From positions 3,723 through 67,722 of the forward strand of contig CAKQTC010000012.1 in the NCBI GenBank assembly GCA_934274515.1: a stretch of DNA of 64,000 nt. Reading direction: 5' to 3'. A program made the position numbers and the translations under genes. Origin of the DNA: an uncultured Clostridia bacterium (lineage in GTDB: Bacteria > Bacillota > Clostridia > Christensenellales > DTU072). Shown piece by piece: positions 56,722-64,000 of this stretch. The notes below the pieces were generated by a model. It searched no databases. It was not told the origin of the DNA and was given only the letters and a program-made list of their open reading frames with translations. Positions within the stretch are counted from its first letter, which is position 1, and every line of letters starts with the position of its first letter.

Positions 56722-57708
56722 ATGCCTAAATCGGAAAATCAAAAAATAAAACCCGTGGTACTACTTGATATTCTGCGCACGCACAGCGATGAAGAACATC
56801 CGTTATCCACCAACGAGATAATAAGACTTCTTGCCGAAAACGGCATTGAAACGGGCAGGAAAGCGCTTTACGACGATATACAGACGCTTAACGATTTCGG
56901 GTATGAAATTCTCACGGTTAAGTCGAGAAGCAATCTTTATTACGTCGTTGACCGTAAGTTCGATACGGCGGAACTTAAAATACTTATGGACGCGGTATTA
57001 GGCGCGGACTTTATCACCGAGAAAAAGACGGCTGCGCTTACCAACAAGATAGCGGAACTTGCCGGCGTGCATAAGGCGCGCATAATGACGAAGAACATAG
57101 TTTACACCGACACGACCAAACATTCCAACGAGAAGGTATATTATTCCGTGGACGCGATTGACAGGGCGATAGCGAAAGGGAAAAAGGTTGCGTTCAAATA
57201 TTTTGACCTAGACTGCCACGGGCAACGCGCGTACAGAAAAAGCGGCGAAGAGTACGTCGTTAATCCCGTCGCGTTGGTTTTCAACGAAAACAAATACTAT
57301 CTTACTTGTTACAACGACAAATATCTTAACTTATCCAACTATCGTATTGACAGAATGGACGGAGTAAGGGTTCTTGACGAAGAGATAACCGACGCGAAGT
57401 GCAGGGAGGAGTTTAACGTCAACAAGCACCGCAAACAGGCGTTTTCGATGTACGGCGGCGACGACGAGAGAGTTAGTTTTTACATAGATAAGACCGCGCT
57501 TGACGTGATTTTCGATAAGTTCGGGGAGAAGACGAAGTTTGCATATTGCGACGAGGGGTTCAAGTTTAGTGCAAACGTTCAAATAAGCCCGACGTTTTAC
57601 GGGTGGTGTGCGTCGCTCGGAAACAGGCTAAAAATTCTTGCTCCGCAGTCGGTGGCGGACGGATACGTCGAATATCTCGGGGAGATAGTTAAACAATATA
57701 AGAATTGA
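56722..57708 (+). CDS. WYL-domain transcriptional regulator (HTH-WYL-WCX type)
   Basis: N-terminal wHTH (VLLDILRTHSDEEHPLSTNEIIRLL); central WYL-type region (KYYLTCYNDKYLNLSNYRIDRM). Confidence 0.7.
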   Translation: MPKSENQKIKPVVLLDILRTHSDEEHPLSTNEIIRLLAENGIETGRKALYDDIQTLNDFGYEILTVKSRSNLYYVVDRKFDTAELKILMDAVLGADFITEKKTAALTNKIAELAGVHKARIMTKNIVYTDTTKHSNEKVYYSVDAIDRAIAKGKKVAFKYFDLDCHGQRAYRKSGEEYVVNPVALVFNENKYYLTCYNDKYLNLSNYRIDRMDGVRVLDEEITDAKCREEFNVNKHRKQAFSMYGGDDERVSFYIDKTALDVIFDKFGEKTKFAYCDEGFKFSANVQISPTFYGWCASLGNRLKILAPQSVADGYVEYLGEIVKQYKN

Positions 57709-57764
57709 GTTAATTAAATAAGGATGTACGATTACGAGTTTTTACGAATAAAGCGTTTACTTGC

Positions 57765-57793
57765 TTGACCGCGCCGATTTTCGGGGGTATAAT
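57765..57793 (+). promoter_or_regulatory. sigma-70-type promoter of the ECF S-component leader
   Basis: TTGACC (57765-57770), 17 nt, TATAAT (57788-57793). Confidence 0.6.
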
Positions 57794-57812
57794 TGATACA
57801 ATTTAATGCGAT

Positions 57813-58030
57813 ATTCTTTGGGTGAGTAGTCGATTTCGGTTGCGGAAACGCAAAAATCGAACCGAGCGACGTATCAACCGGCGGTAATGCCGACGCTTTG
57901 GCGATTAACCTAACGCGCTAAGCGATCGGACGAGTCCGACAGCCCCAACAGCCGATGCGGTGAGATTCCGCAACCGCCTGTAAAGTCAGAATGGGAAAGA
58001 ATGTTTTTTCGGCGCGACAACGCGCTTTTT
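57813..58030 (+). promoter_or_regulatory. riboswitch-like structured leader with a terminator (class unresolved; THI-box-like signatures)
   Basis: Closing helix attcttt (57813-57819) / aaagaat (57996-58002); internal GNRA hairpin ttgcg-gaaa-cgcaa; strings gtatcaaccggcggtaatgccgacgc and ggtgagattccgcaaccgcctgtaaagtcagaatgggaa; terminator ggcgcg-acaa-cgcgc-ttttt (58011-58030). Confidence 0.5.
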
Positions 58031-58067
58031 CCCGTTTATACTTTATCCCAAACAAACGGAGGTAAAG

Positions 58068-58649
58068 ATGTTAAACGCAAAAAAGATGAGTAAAGTTCGT
58101 CTTACGACGAAGGTAATCGCGTATGCGGCGGCGTGTACGGCTGCGGTCACGGCAATGACCCTTATGGGTTTTTCTTCCGCGCAGTTTTATTTTAATCTCG
58201 GCGATGCGATAATATTAATCGTTTCCGTTATTTTCGGACCGTTTATCGGAATGATAGCCGGCGGACTCGGTTCGTTTTTTGCAGACCTTGCCGTTTATCC
58301 GGCGACGATGTTTTATACGCTCGTAATCAAAGGTCTCGAAGGACTTATTGCCGGCGGACTTACCATTTTAATCAAAAAGTTTGTCAAAAATAAGAAACTG
58401 TCCGTCGTTTTGGGAGCGGCGTCTATGGCGATAGCGGCATATTTTATGATGACGGGTTATTTCGTTTGTCAAACGTTTTTCTACGGCAGTAAAGAATCCG
58501 CTCTTGTCGCTTTGCCGATGGACGCGGTGCAAGCCTCTGTGTCCCTCGTCGTTGCGTTCGTTGCGCTGTATCCGATGAAAATGATTAATTTCCGTGAGAA
58601 AGTTTACATCTCGGACAAGGCGGAAACAAAACAAAAGAATGAGGACTAA
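58068..58649 (+). CDS. ECF-transporter substrate-specific (S) component-like membrane protein
   Basis: 193 aa with about 6 TM helices, in the pattern typical of ECF S components (LGDAIILIVSVIFGPFIGMIAGGLGSFFADL). Confidence 0.6.
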   Translation: MLNAKKMSKVRLTTKVIAYAAACTAAVTAMTLMGFSSAQFYFNLGDAIILIVSVIFGPFIGMIAGGLGSFFADLAVYPATMFYTLVIKGLEGLIAGGLTILIKKFVKNKKLSVVLGAASMAIAAYFMMTGYFVCQTFFYGSKESALVALPMDAVQASVSLVVAFVALYPMKMINFREKVYISDKAETKQKNED

Positions 58650-58975
58650 ACGGGAGTTTGGGTATCCGAATTAACAGCAAAAAGGTCATCAAAATAGATT
58701 TTTGCGTTTTCGGTGAGAAGGAATCGTTCGAGCGCGTCGATTTTGACGACGACGTGAGTTTCGGTAACGTATTGCCCGTCGAAGTAACGAGTTATCGTGA
58801 CGCGCGAACCTTTCTTCAAAACGGAAAGCGCGTCGGATATTTCCGCTTGTTGCGTATCGGAAAGCGTGACGCGGTCGCGCCTAAGACGTTTTTTCTCGCG
58901 CGCGGCCAGTTCTTCTCGCAGTCCTTTAAGCGCGTCGAAAGGAAGAAATTGTTTTGCGCGTTCTACGTTATTCAC
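58646..58975 (-). CDS. YolD-like protein
   Basis: 109 aa, FLPFDALKGLRE... pattern. It overlaps the end of the Y-family polymerase gene, the pairing typical of YolD-like proteins. Confidence 0.6.
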   Translation of the reverse strand: MNNVERAKQFLPFDALKGLREELAAREKKRLRRDRVTLSDTQQAEISDALSVLKKGSRVTITRYFDGQYVTETHVVVKIDALERFLLTENAKIYFDDLFAVNSDTQTPV

Positions 58976-60230
58976 CGTTATGTCCCCCTATAAGTTTGTT
59001 TCGTTCGATAGCCGTTGCGCCTTCTTGTAAATCCATACCGCGTAGTAGGGCGTTTTTGCCGAATTTATCTTTGATTGCGAGTACGGTTTGTTCCGTTTTC
59101 TTTTCTTTTTCTATCTTTTCCGTATCGAAAAGAAGGCTGTTGGACGCCATATTTTCGGGGATAACCGAGCCGAAGTCAACGGATATTCGACGGATAGGTT
59201 CGGTTTTTATCGTTGTTTTGCGAAAAATTTTAAGCGCATAGTCGATGATAATTCGGTATGACGCGGTCGAGTCCGTCATTCGCAGGTTTCCGCCGGTGGG
59301 AGCGACGAAGTCTTGGGAATAACCGACGAACACGCCGACGGTGGTCGCCACGGCTTTACGACGAAGAAGTTCTTGACAGCAGGAAAGTATCATTTCTTTA
59401 AGGACAAGTTCCGCTTTGTCGTAATCGTAGTCGTCAAAAAGTATTTGCGAAGTCGACACCGACGTGTTTTTGCGCTTGTATGCCTTTATGTCGGCAATCG
59501 TGCAGGGTTCTATACCGCGAGAGTGGTCGATGAGCAGTTCCGCGTTAATGCCGAATTCCCTATAAAGCACGGATTCGGGCGCGTTCGCGATATCGCGCAT
59601 CGTAAAAATACGGAGTTTTTTAAGGCGTTTAGCCGTGCCTCTCGCTATCTGCCAAAAATCGGTAAGCGGTCGGTGGTCCCAAAGCGTGCGTGTAAACAGT
59701 TCTTCGTCGAGATAACCGATGCCGTCGGGTGTGTGTTTCGCCGTAATGTCGAGCGCGATTTTCGCAAGATATAGGTTTGTTCCGATACCGGCGGTCGCCG
59801 GGATGCGTTTGCGTGCGGTTATTTCTTCGATAAGACGTTTCGCAAAGGCTTTCGGTGTGGTTTTGTATGTCGCGAGATATTCGGTCGCGTCAAGAAAACA
59901 CTCGTCGATGGAGTAGACGTGAATGTCGTCGGGCGAAAAAAAGTCGAGATAAAGTTCGTAAATGTCGGCGGCATACTCAATGTATTTTTTCATACGCGGT
60001 TTTGCAATGAGATAGTCAACGTTTTGCGGAATATCGAACAGTCGGCAACGGTTTTTTACGCCGAGTTTTTTCATGTACGGAGAAACGGCAAGGCAAAGCG
60101 CGCCCCTACCCCTCGTTTCGTCCGCAACGACGAGGGGAGTAGACATCGGATCCAAACCGCGTTCGGCACATTCGACCGACGCGAAAAACGATTTCATATC
60201 TATGCAGTAAAACGTACGATTTTTTTCCAT
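58968..60230 (-). CDS. Y-family (translesion) DNA polymerase
   Basis: FYCIDMKSFFASVECAERGLDP (catalytic Asp), SIDECFLD, and palm/little-finger length (420 aa). Confidence 0.85.
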   Translation of the reverse strand: MEKNRTFYCIDMKSFFASVECAERGLDPMSTPLVVADETRGRGALCLAVSPYMKKLGVKNRCRLFDIPQNVDYLIAKPRMKKYIEYAADIYELYLDFFSPDDIHVYSIDECFLDATEYLATYKTTPKAFAKRLIEEITARKRIPATAGIGTNLYLAKIALDITAKHTPDGIGYLDEELFTRTLWDHRPLTDFWQIARGTAKRLKKLRIFTMRDIANAPESVLYREFGINAELLIDHSRGIEPCTIADIKAYKRKNTSVSTSQILFDDYDYDKAELVLKEMILSCCQELLRRKAVATTVGVFVGYSQDFVAPTGGNLRMTDSTASYRIIIDYALKIFRKTTIKTEPIRRISVDFGSVIPENMASNSLLFDTEKIEKEKKTEQTVLAIKDKFGKNALLRGMDLQEGATAIERNKLIGGHNGE

Positions 60231-60380
60231 TATAAGAATTATACCGCTTAGAGAAAGGTTTAGTCAACGTCAAAACCGCCCATATGAAGTCGCTTGCGAG
60301 AGAAAGCGATGGTAGAGAGAAAGTAAAACGTTTTGAAAGCGTTTGGCATATATTTGGTATAAAAGAAAAGGAGGAGGTTT

Positions 60381-60875
60381 ATGGAATGTTTGTATAAAGC
60401 GGACGCGGCGTATCCCGAGATAGAAATAAAAACGCGCAGTCCGTTTGAAGTAAGACTGCTGATGCCCGTTTATGGCGGAAAGAACAGCGAAATTACGGCG
60501 ATAACGGGTTATATTTTTCAAAGTTATATGCTTGCGGAAAAGGAAAAAGAAATAGCGAAGTGTCTTGAAAAAATAGCGATAAGCGAGATGAGGCACCACG
60601 AAACGATAGGAACGATGATAGTTATGCTCGGCGGAGTGCCGTATATAGGAGATAACAGGAGTTTTTGGCAAGGAGGGTACGTCAATTATTCGCAGAAAGT
60701 ATCGGATATGATCGAAGGGGATATAATAGGAGAGAAAAACGCGATAAGGGGATATAAAGACGTAATAAAACTGTCGAAGAACGAAACGGTAAAGGCAGTT
60801 ATCGGAAGAATAATTATGGACGAAGAAGTGCATATTGCCACGCTTGAAAGCATAAAAAGAAGTTTGTTATCCTGA
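60381..60875 (+). CDS. ferritin-like / manganese-catalase-family (CotJC-like) protein
   Basis: YGGKNSEITAITGYIFQ..., ISEMRHHETIGTMIVMLGG, DIIGEKNAIRGY, DEEVHIATL (E..H di-metal motifs). Confidence 0.55.
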   Translation: MECLYKADAAYPEIEIKTRSPFEVRLLMPVYGGKNSEITAITGYIFQSYMLAEKEKEIAKCLEKIAISEMRHHETIGTMIVMLGGVPYIGDNRSFWQGGYVNYSQKVSDMIEGDIIGEKNAIRGYKDVIKLSKNETVKAVIGRIIMDEEVHIATLESIKRSLLS

Positions 60876-60894
60876 AAAAAGTAAAAATTTGGTA

Positions 60895-60923
60895 TTGACA
60901 TACCTAAAAATATACAATATACT
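60895..60923 (+). promoter_or_regulatory. sigma-70-type promoter of the HU gene
   Basis: TTGACA (60895-60900), 17 nt, TATACT (60918-60923). Confidence 0.5.
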
Positions 60924-61037
60924 AAAATAAAAGGAACGACGGAAAATTGCTTTTTTGCAAGAAAAGCGCAGAAGAATAGAAGATAAAAAATCGAAGAAAT
61001 TCGTTTTTATAATAATTTTTATTAGGAGGAATTTAGA

Positions 61038-61310
61038 ATGAACAAAAAAGAATTCATTAAGGCTATCGCCGGAGAAATGAACGATTCTTATGCCGCGGCG
61101 GAAAGAGCGTACGACGCATTCGTCGGAGCGGTAACCGCAGCACTGAAAAAAGGAGAAAAAATTCAACTCGTAGGGTTCGGAACCTTTGAAGCGAAAGACG
61201 TTCCCGCAAAAGTCGGCATTAACCCGAGAACCAAAGAAAAAGTAGAAATTCCCGCTTGTAAAAAACCGATACTTCGTTTCGGAAAAGCATATAAGGACGA
61301 ACTGCAATAA
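61038..61310 (+). CDS. hup: HU-family DNA-binding protein
   Basis: MNKKEFIKAIA...IQLVGFGTFEAKDVPAKVGINPRTKEKVEIPA...RFGKAYKD. Confidence 0.9.
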   Translation: MNKKEFIKAIAGEMNDSYAAAERAYDAFVGAVTAALKKGEKIQLVGFGTFEAKDVPAKVGINPRTKEKVEIPACKKPILRFGKAYKDELQ

Positions 61311-61382
61311 AGAGAACGATATTAGCGGAAAAGGTGGCCGATGAAAAACATTTGGGCGCCCTAACTAACCAAACGAAATCAA

Positions 61383-61414
61383 ACCCCCGACGCGATTTGC
61401 CGCGTCGGGGGTTT
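61383..61414 (+). terminator. rho-independent terminator of hup
   Basis: cccccgacgcg (61383-61393) / cgcgtcggggg (61400-61410), an 11-bp GC-rich stem followed by tttt. Confidence 0.7.
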
Positions 61415-61579
61415 TCCGATATAACCGCAAACAAAACTATATAAAGAAATCGAGAGAAACTCCGACGACTGCGTATCGTCGATAAATCGTACGGGGCGGG
61501 GAAAGGAAGCGGAGCAAATCGCGCGGTTTTCTATTCCGCATAGATATAAATTCGACGGTAAAAAAACAACGGATGTTGT

Positions 61580-61732
61580 ATGAATAACCATATCTTCCAA
61601 AAACTGCTTTTGTATGGGCTTGGTGTTACACGCCATTTTTCTGCGCTGTTTTGATTTACGCGAATAGTAATAGTGAACCACGCCCGTTTTACTTGTTCCG
61701 CATTTTGATTTAATTTGAACGTTGTTATTCAA
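61580..61732 (-). pseudogene. possible relic of a large serine recombinase (zinc-beta-ribbon region), no credible start
   Basis: IKSKCGTSKTGVVHYYYSRKSKQRRKMACNTKPIQKQFLEDMV resembles the C..CG...YYYC....C....I....LE..V ribbon region with Cys residues lost. The ORF has only a TTG start and runs into the hup terminator. Confidence 0.3.
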
Positions 61733-61847
61733 TACTTTTTTCTAAACTATACGAACATGATGTCAAGCAAAACATCATATTAATTAATAATAAAGTTAGC
61801 AATAATATGATTGCTTTATATTTTACTTTATCCCTAATCTTCATCAT
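61725..61847 (-). CDS. 40-aa ORF consisting of a lipoprotein signal peptide plus about 10 residues (truncated lipoprotein?)
   Basis: MMKIRDKVKYKAIILLLTLLLINMMFCLTSC SYSLEKSIE; its ATG overlaps the TGA of the upstream 162-aa gene (ATGA coupling). Confidence 0.25.
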   Translation of the reverse strand: MMKIRDKVKYKAIILLLTLLLINMMFCLTSCSYSLEKSIE

Positions 61848-62332
61848 TTATTACCGCATAACACATACAGCTCTTCTGCAAGTCCATCAGAATAACCGCC
61901 GATATAGTAAGATGATAAATGTACTTTATCTTCACTTCCGACAATAACAAATAGATCGTAAAAAAAATCGTCTTTATTTGTAGATGGTCTTATGCAGTTT
62001 TCTCTTTTTATAATATAAGCACAATGATATTCCTCGTCTAACACATGAGTTTCGCTTACACAAAATACCGTTTTACAATATTTATTATACCTTTTAACTT
62101 TGGTTTTTGTGCACTTATCTATATCTTTCCATTCAGCTTTAACTGCTCTATATTTTTTTGATAAAAAATTATCTAAATCTTTAAGATGTACCTGCTCTCC
62201 AAGTTGGAAAGCAGGTATTATATATCTAATTTGATTATAAGCAACATTCATCCTATCCGAAGACAATTTGGAATGGATAATATAATAGTCACAAGCATTA
62301 TTATTAAAGTTTTTGTTTTTGTCATTACACAT
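61844..62332 (-). CDS. hypothetical protein (162 aa) in a very AT-rich segment
   Basis: Only long ORF in 61.75-62.6 kb; no motif recognised. Confidence 0.4.
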   Translation of the reverse strand: MCNDKNKNFNNNACDYYIIHSKLSSDRMNVAYNQIRYIIPAFQLGEQVHLKDLDNFLSKKYRAVKAEWKDIDKCTKTKVKRYNKYCKTVFCVSETHVLDEEYHCAYIIKRENCIRPSTNKDDFFYDLFVIVGSEDKVHLSSYYIGGYSDGLAEELYVLCGNK

Positions 62333-62948
62333 TTTTTTACCTTATTTATAAACATAAGAATTAGCATTAGTAAAATTGCAACCTACCAATACAATTGTAA
62401 GTGTTAGTGCCATAACAGCAGTTAAAAAAAGTAAAATTTCTTTTTAGTAAAAATATACATAAAATCTCCCCACTGTTATCTTTTGTTTAATTATAAAACA
62501 GATTATTTTATTTGTTAAGTATAATATATTAATTGGTAATTATATTAAAAAATTGCGTTATGTACCAGTTTTAATTGTGTAATGTTTTCATTTCTTGAAT
62601 ACCTCCGATTTACTTCGCCTTTCGACAAAAAAACGGAAGTAGCACCGGGAAAAGCTGCAATAACAATGTGAGTTAAAGTCACAATGACGGAAGTCAACGA
62701 AACAGCAAAAAGTTTTATGTATTAGTCGGTAATTTCAGAATTTTCGGTAAAAATTTTTGCCGTTGACTTACGCTTTTCACTGTGCTACAAACGTAGTCCG
62801 AAAGGCGATAACTCGGACGATAAAAAAATAGCAGATATCTGGCACTTGATACCTGCTAAACGATAATTATTCGGTTGTATATGGCGAAATCAAAACTTAA
62901 ATCTTACGCCGAAAAAATCTCTTGAAAAGAAAAAAGCGAACGCCGCTT

Positions 62949-63086
62949 TTATATCAGAGTTCGTTTTTTCATCTGTGGCGGGAAGTGGCTGAAAATGCTC
63001 GAACTCACTGTATAAGAAGAAGCGGATTTTTCCGCCATCTTACCGCCGAGCGAGTTTATATGTGCCATTGTCTTAAAAGGTCTCAT
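62949..63086 (-). pseudogene. truncated paralogue of the 68-aa gene at 26098-26304
   Basis: RBS ggagaacgacaATG; the first 17 aa MRPFKTMAHINSLGGKM match MKPYKVMAHIYSKHGEM, after which similarity is lost. Confidence 0.3.
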
Positions 63087-63097
63087 TGTCGTTCTCC

Positions 63098-63505
63098 TTA
63101 TGCCGTTCTGACAAGTCCGCCGAATTGCTGTCTGAAACAAACGCCGCCAAATTCGGAACACATATCGTCGGAAAGGTTTTTGACGTAAGCGCAGGCGTAT
63201 CCGTCTTTCAGGTCTTCTCGGTCGTATTCCCATTCTTCTTCATCGTCCGAAACGTAGAAGAAAGTCAGCATTTCGCCAAATTCCGTAAAGTTATGTATGA
63301 CGTGATACACAAGAACGTTATATTCTTTTTCAAATTCCATAACGTATATTTGTTGTTGGTCGTTCAGCCAGTAGAGGAAACCGCCGTTTTCGGACATATT
63401 GACTACGCCGTCTTTCTCAAACTCTTTAATGATATTCGGATAGAGTTTCAGGAACTTCATTCTTTCGATTGCTTCTTGTTTTTTCTTTTCAATAGTGATT
63501 TTCAT
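63098..63505 (-). CDS. hypothetical protein, paralogue of 26319-26720
   Basis: Start set at the ATG at 63505 (aaggagaaaaacattATG); collinear similarity along the full length; identical 24-nt string gttctgacaagtccgccgaattgc at the 3' end of both copies. Confidence 0.5.
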   Translation of the reverse strand: MKITIEKKKQEAIERMKFLKLYPNIIKEFEKDGVVNMSENGGFLYWLNDQQQIYVMEFEKEYNVLVYHVIHNFTEFGEMLTFFYVSDDEEEWEYDREDLKDGYACAYVKNLSDDMCSEFGGVCFRQQFGGLVRTA

Positions 63506-63524
63506 AATGTTTTTCTCCTTATTC

Positions 63525-63935
63525 TTAAATACAGTCTTGTAATTGCTCGAATTGATAGCCGATATTTCGCATAGTTTCTTCAAATCCAAACCACGCAAGC
63601 AAGTTTTGGTTATAGTCGTCGTTTGCGAGCGGATCTTCTTTATCACATTTATCTCCAAAAAGTTCAGTCGGGGCGTATAGTCCCGTGCTTTCCATCGTTT
63701 CATATAGAAGCGCGTCGATTTCCGCTTTGTGTTTTTTATAGAACTTAACGGTATCGCTGTACCAAATTAAAAAGCCAACCGTTCCCGATTGGCAGCCGTA
63801 ATGAAGTATGTCGGTGAAAATATGCTTTTTATCGTCGTAATTGCCCCATTCGTCCGAGATATATGTCAGCACTCGTTTTTGGAGCGGAGTTGCGTTTGTC
63901 TTTAATTCTTTTATGTTTTTCACAGTGAGTTTCAT
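63525..63935 (-). CDS. hypothetical protein, paralogue of 26741-27154
   Basis: Start set at the ATG at 63935 (gaggaggcttaaaATG); collinear similarity to the first copy. Confidence 0.5.
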   Translation of the reverse strand: MKLTVKNIKELKTNATPLQKRVLTYISDEWGNYDDKKHIFTDILHYGCQSGTVGFLIWYSDTVKFYKKHKAEIDALLYETMESTGLYAPTELFGDKCDKEDPLANDDYNQNLLAWFGFEETMRNIGYQFEQLQDCI

Positions 63936-63936
63936 T

Positions 63937-64000
63937 TTAAGCCTCCTCGAAGTCGTTAAGATAAATTCTTTCGTAATTACAGCCATACTCGAAGTATTCG
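63937..64000 (-). CDS. 3' end of a gene cut by the window edge, related to the middle of 27151-27546
   Basis: ...EYFEYGCNYERIYLNDFEEA* compared with GYYFEYGCEYKKISVNDFKEEE; lacks the Cys-rich tail. Confidence 0.35.
   Translation of the reverse strand, partial: EYFEYGCNYERIYLNDFEEA

Noticed and set aside
57813-58030. Cobalamin riboswitch assignment for the ECF leader (ggtgagattcc, ctgtaa and agtcaga resemble GGTGAGAATCC, CTGTAA and the B12 box)
   Set aside because: The order and spacing of these strings do not fit the cobalamin consensus: the GGGAA and GGTG elements should be near the 5' end, and no GCCACTG was seen. THI-box-like similarity fits somewhat better, so the class is left open.

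Overview
64-kb mosaic that looks like a Gram-positive (Bacillota/Clostridia-type) chromosome. This host call is an inference from pth-mfd and WalJ-like-rlmH synteny, lipobox signal peptides and strong GGAGG-type RBSs. There are three blocks. (A) 1-28.25 kb is visibly AT-richer accessory DNA ending beside tRNA-Arg(ACG). It holds: (i) a co-directional, capsid-less, membrane-protein-rich module with a LexA-family repressor, a phiX174-gpA-type rolling-circle Rep, a short tyrosine recombinase and a KilA-N protein (0.2-12.5 kb), best read as an integrated non-tailed (filamentous/pleomorphic-type) virus-like or plasmid-like element; (ii) a complete diversity-generating retroelement (DGR): a 2,823-aa surface lipoprotein target with C-terminal VR (21125-21247), Avd, TR (21821-21946) and RT; (iii) directly upstream of that target gene, a 111-bp segment bracketed by perfect 28-bp inverted repeats, carrying a near-consensus promoter that points away from the gene. 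This is a candidate invertible promoter (phase switch) layered on top of the DGR; (iv) a minus-strand array of small accessory genes, including a PcfJ-like protein and a PcfK-like::MutS-domain-I fusion, headed by a ~300-bp imperfect hairpin. (B) 28.3-61.4 kb is core DNA: PepV-like dipeptidase, gltX, ComEC-like MBL, a second giant BspA-type LRR lipoprotein, PRTase, WalJ-like MBL, two CPBP proteases, rlmH, tandem structured repeats, M14 peptidase, tadA, pth, mfd, lipoproteins, a WYL regulator, a riboswitch-like leader plus ECF S component, YolD-like/Y-family polymerase, a ferritin-like protein and HU. (C) 61.4-64 kb is a second AT-rich accessory block with decayed fragments and paralogues of the block A small genes. 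Many long antisense ORFs in the supplied track, inside the giant or GC-richer genes, are judged artefacts. All family assignments rest on motif recognition by eye; no database search was run.
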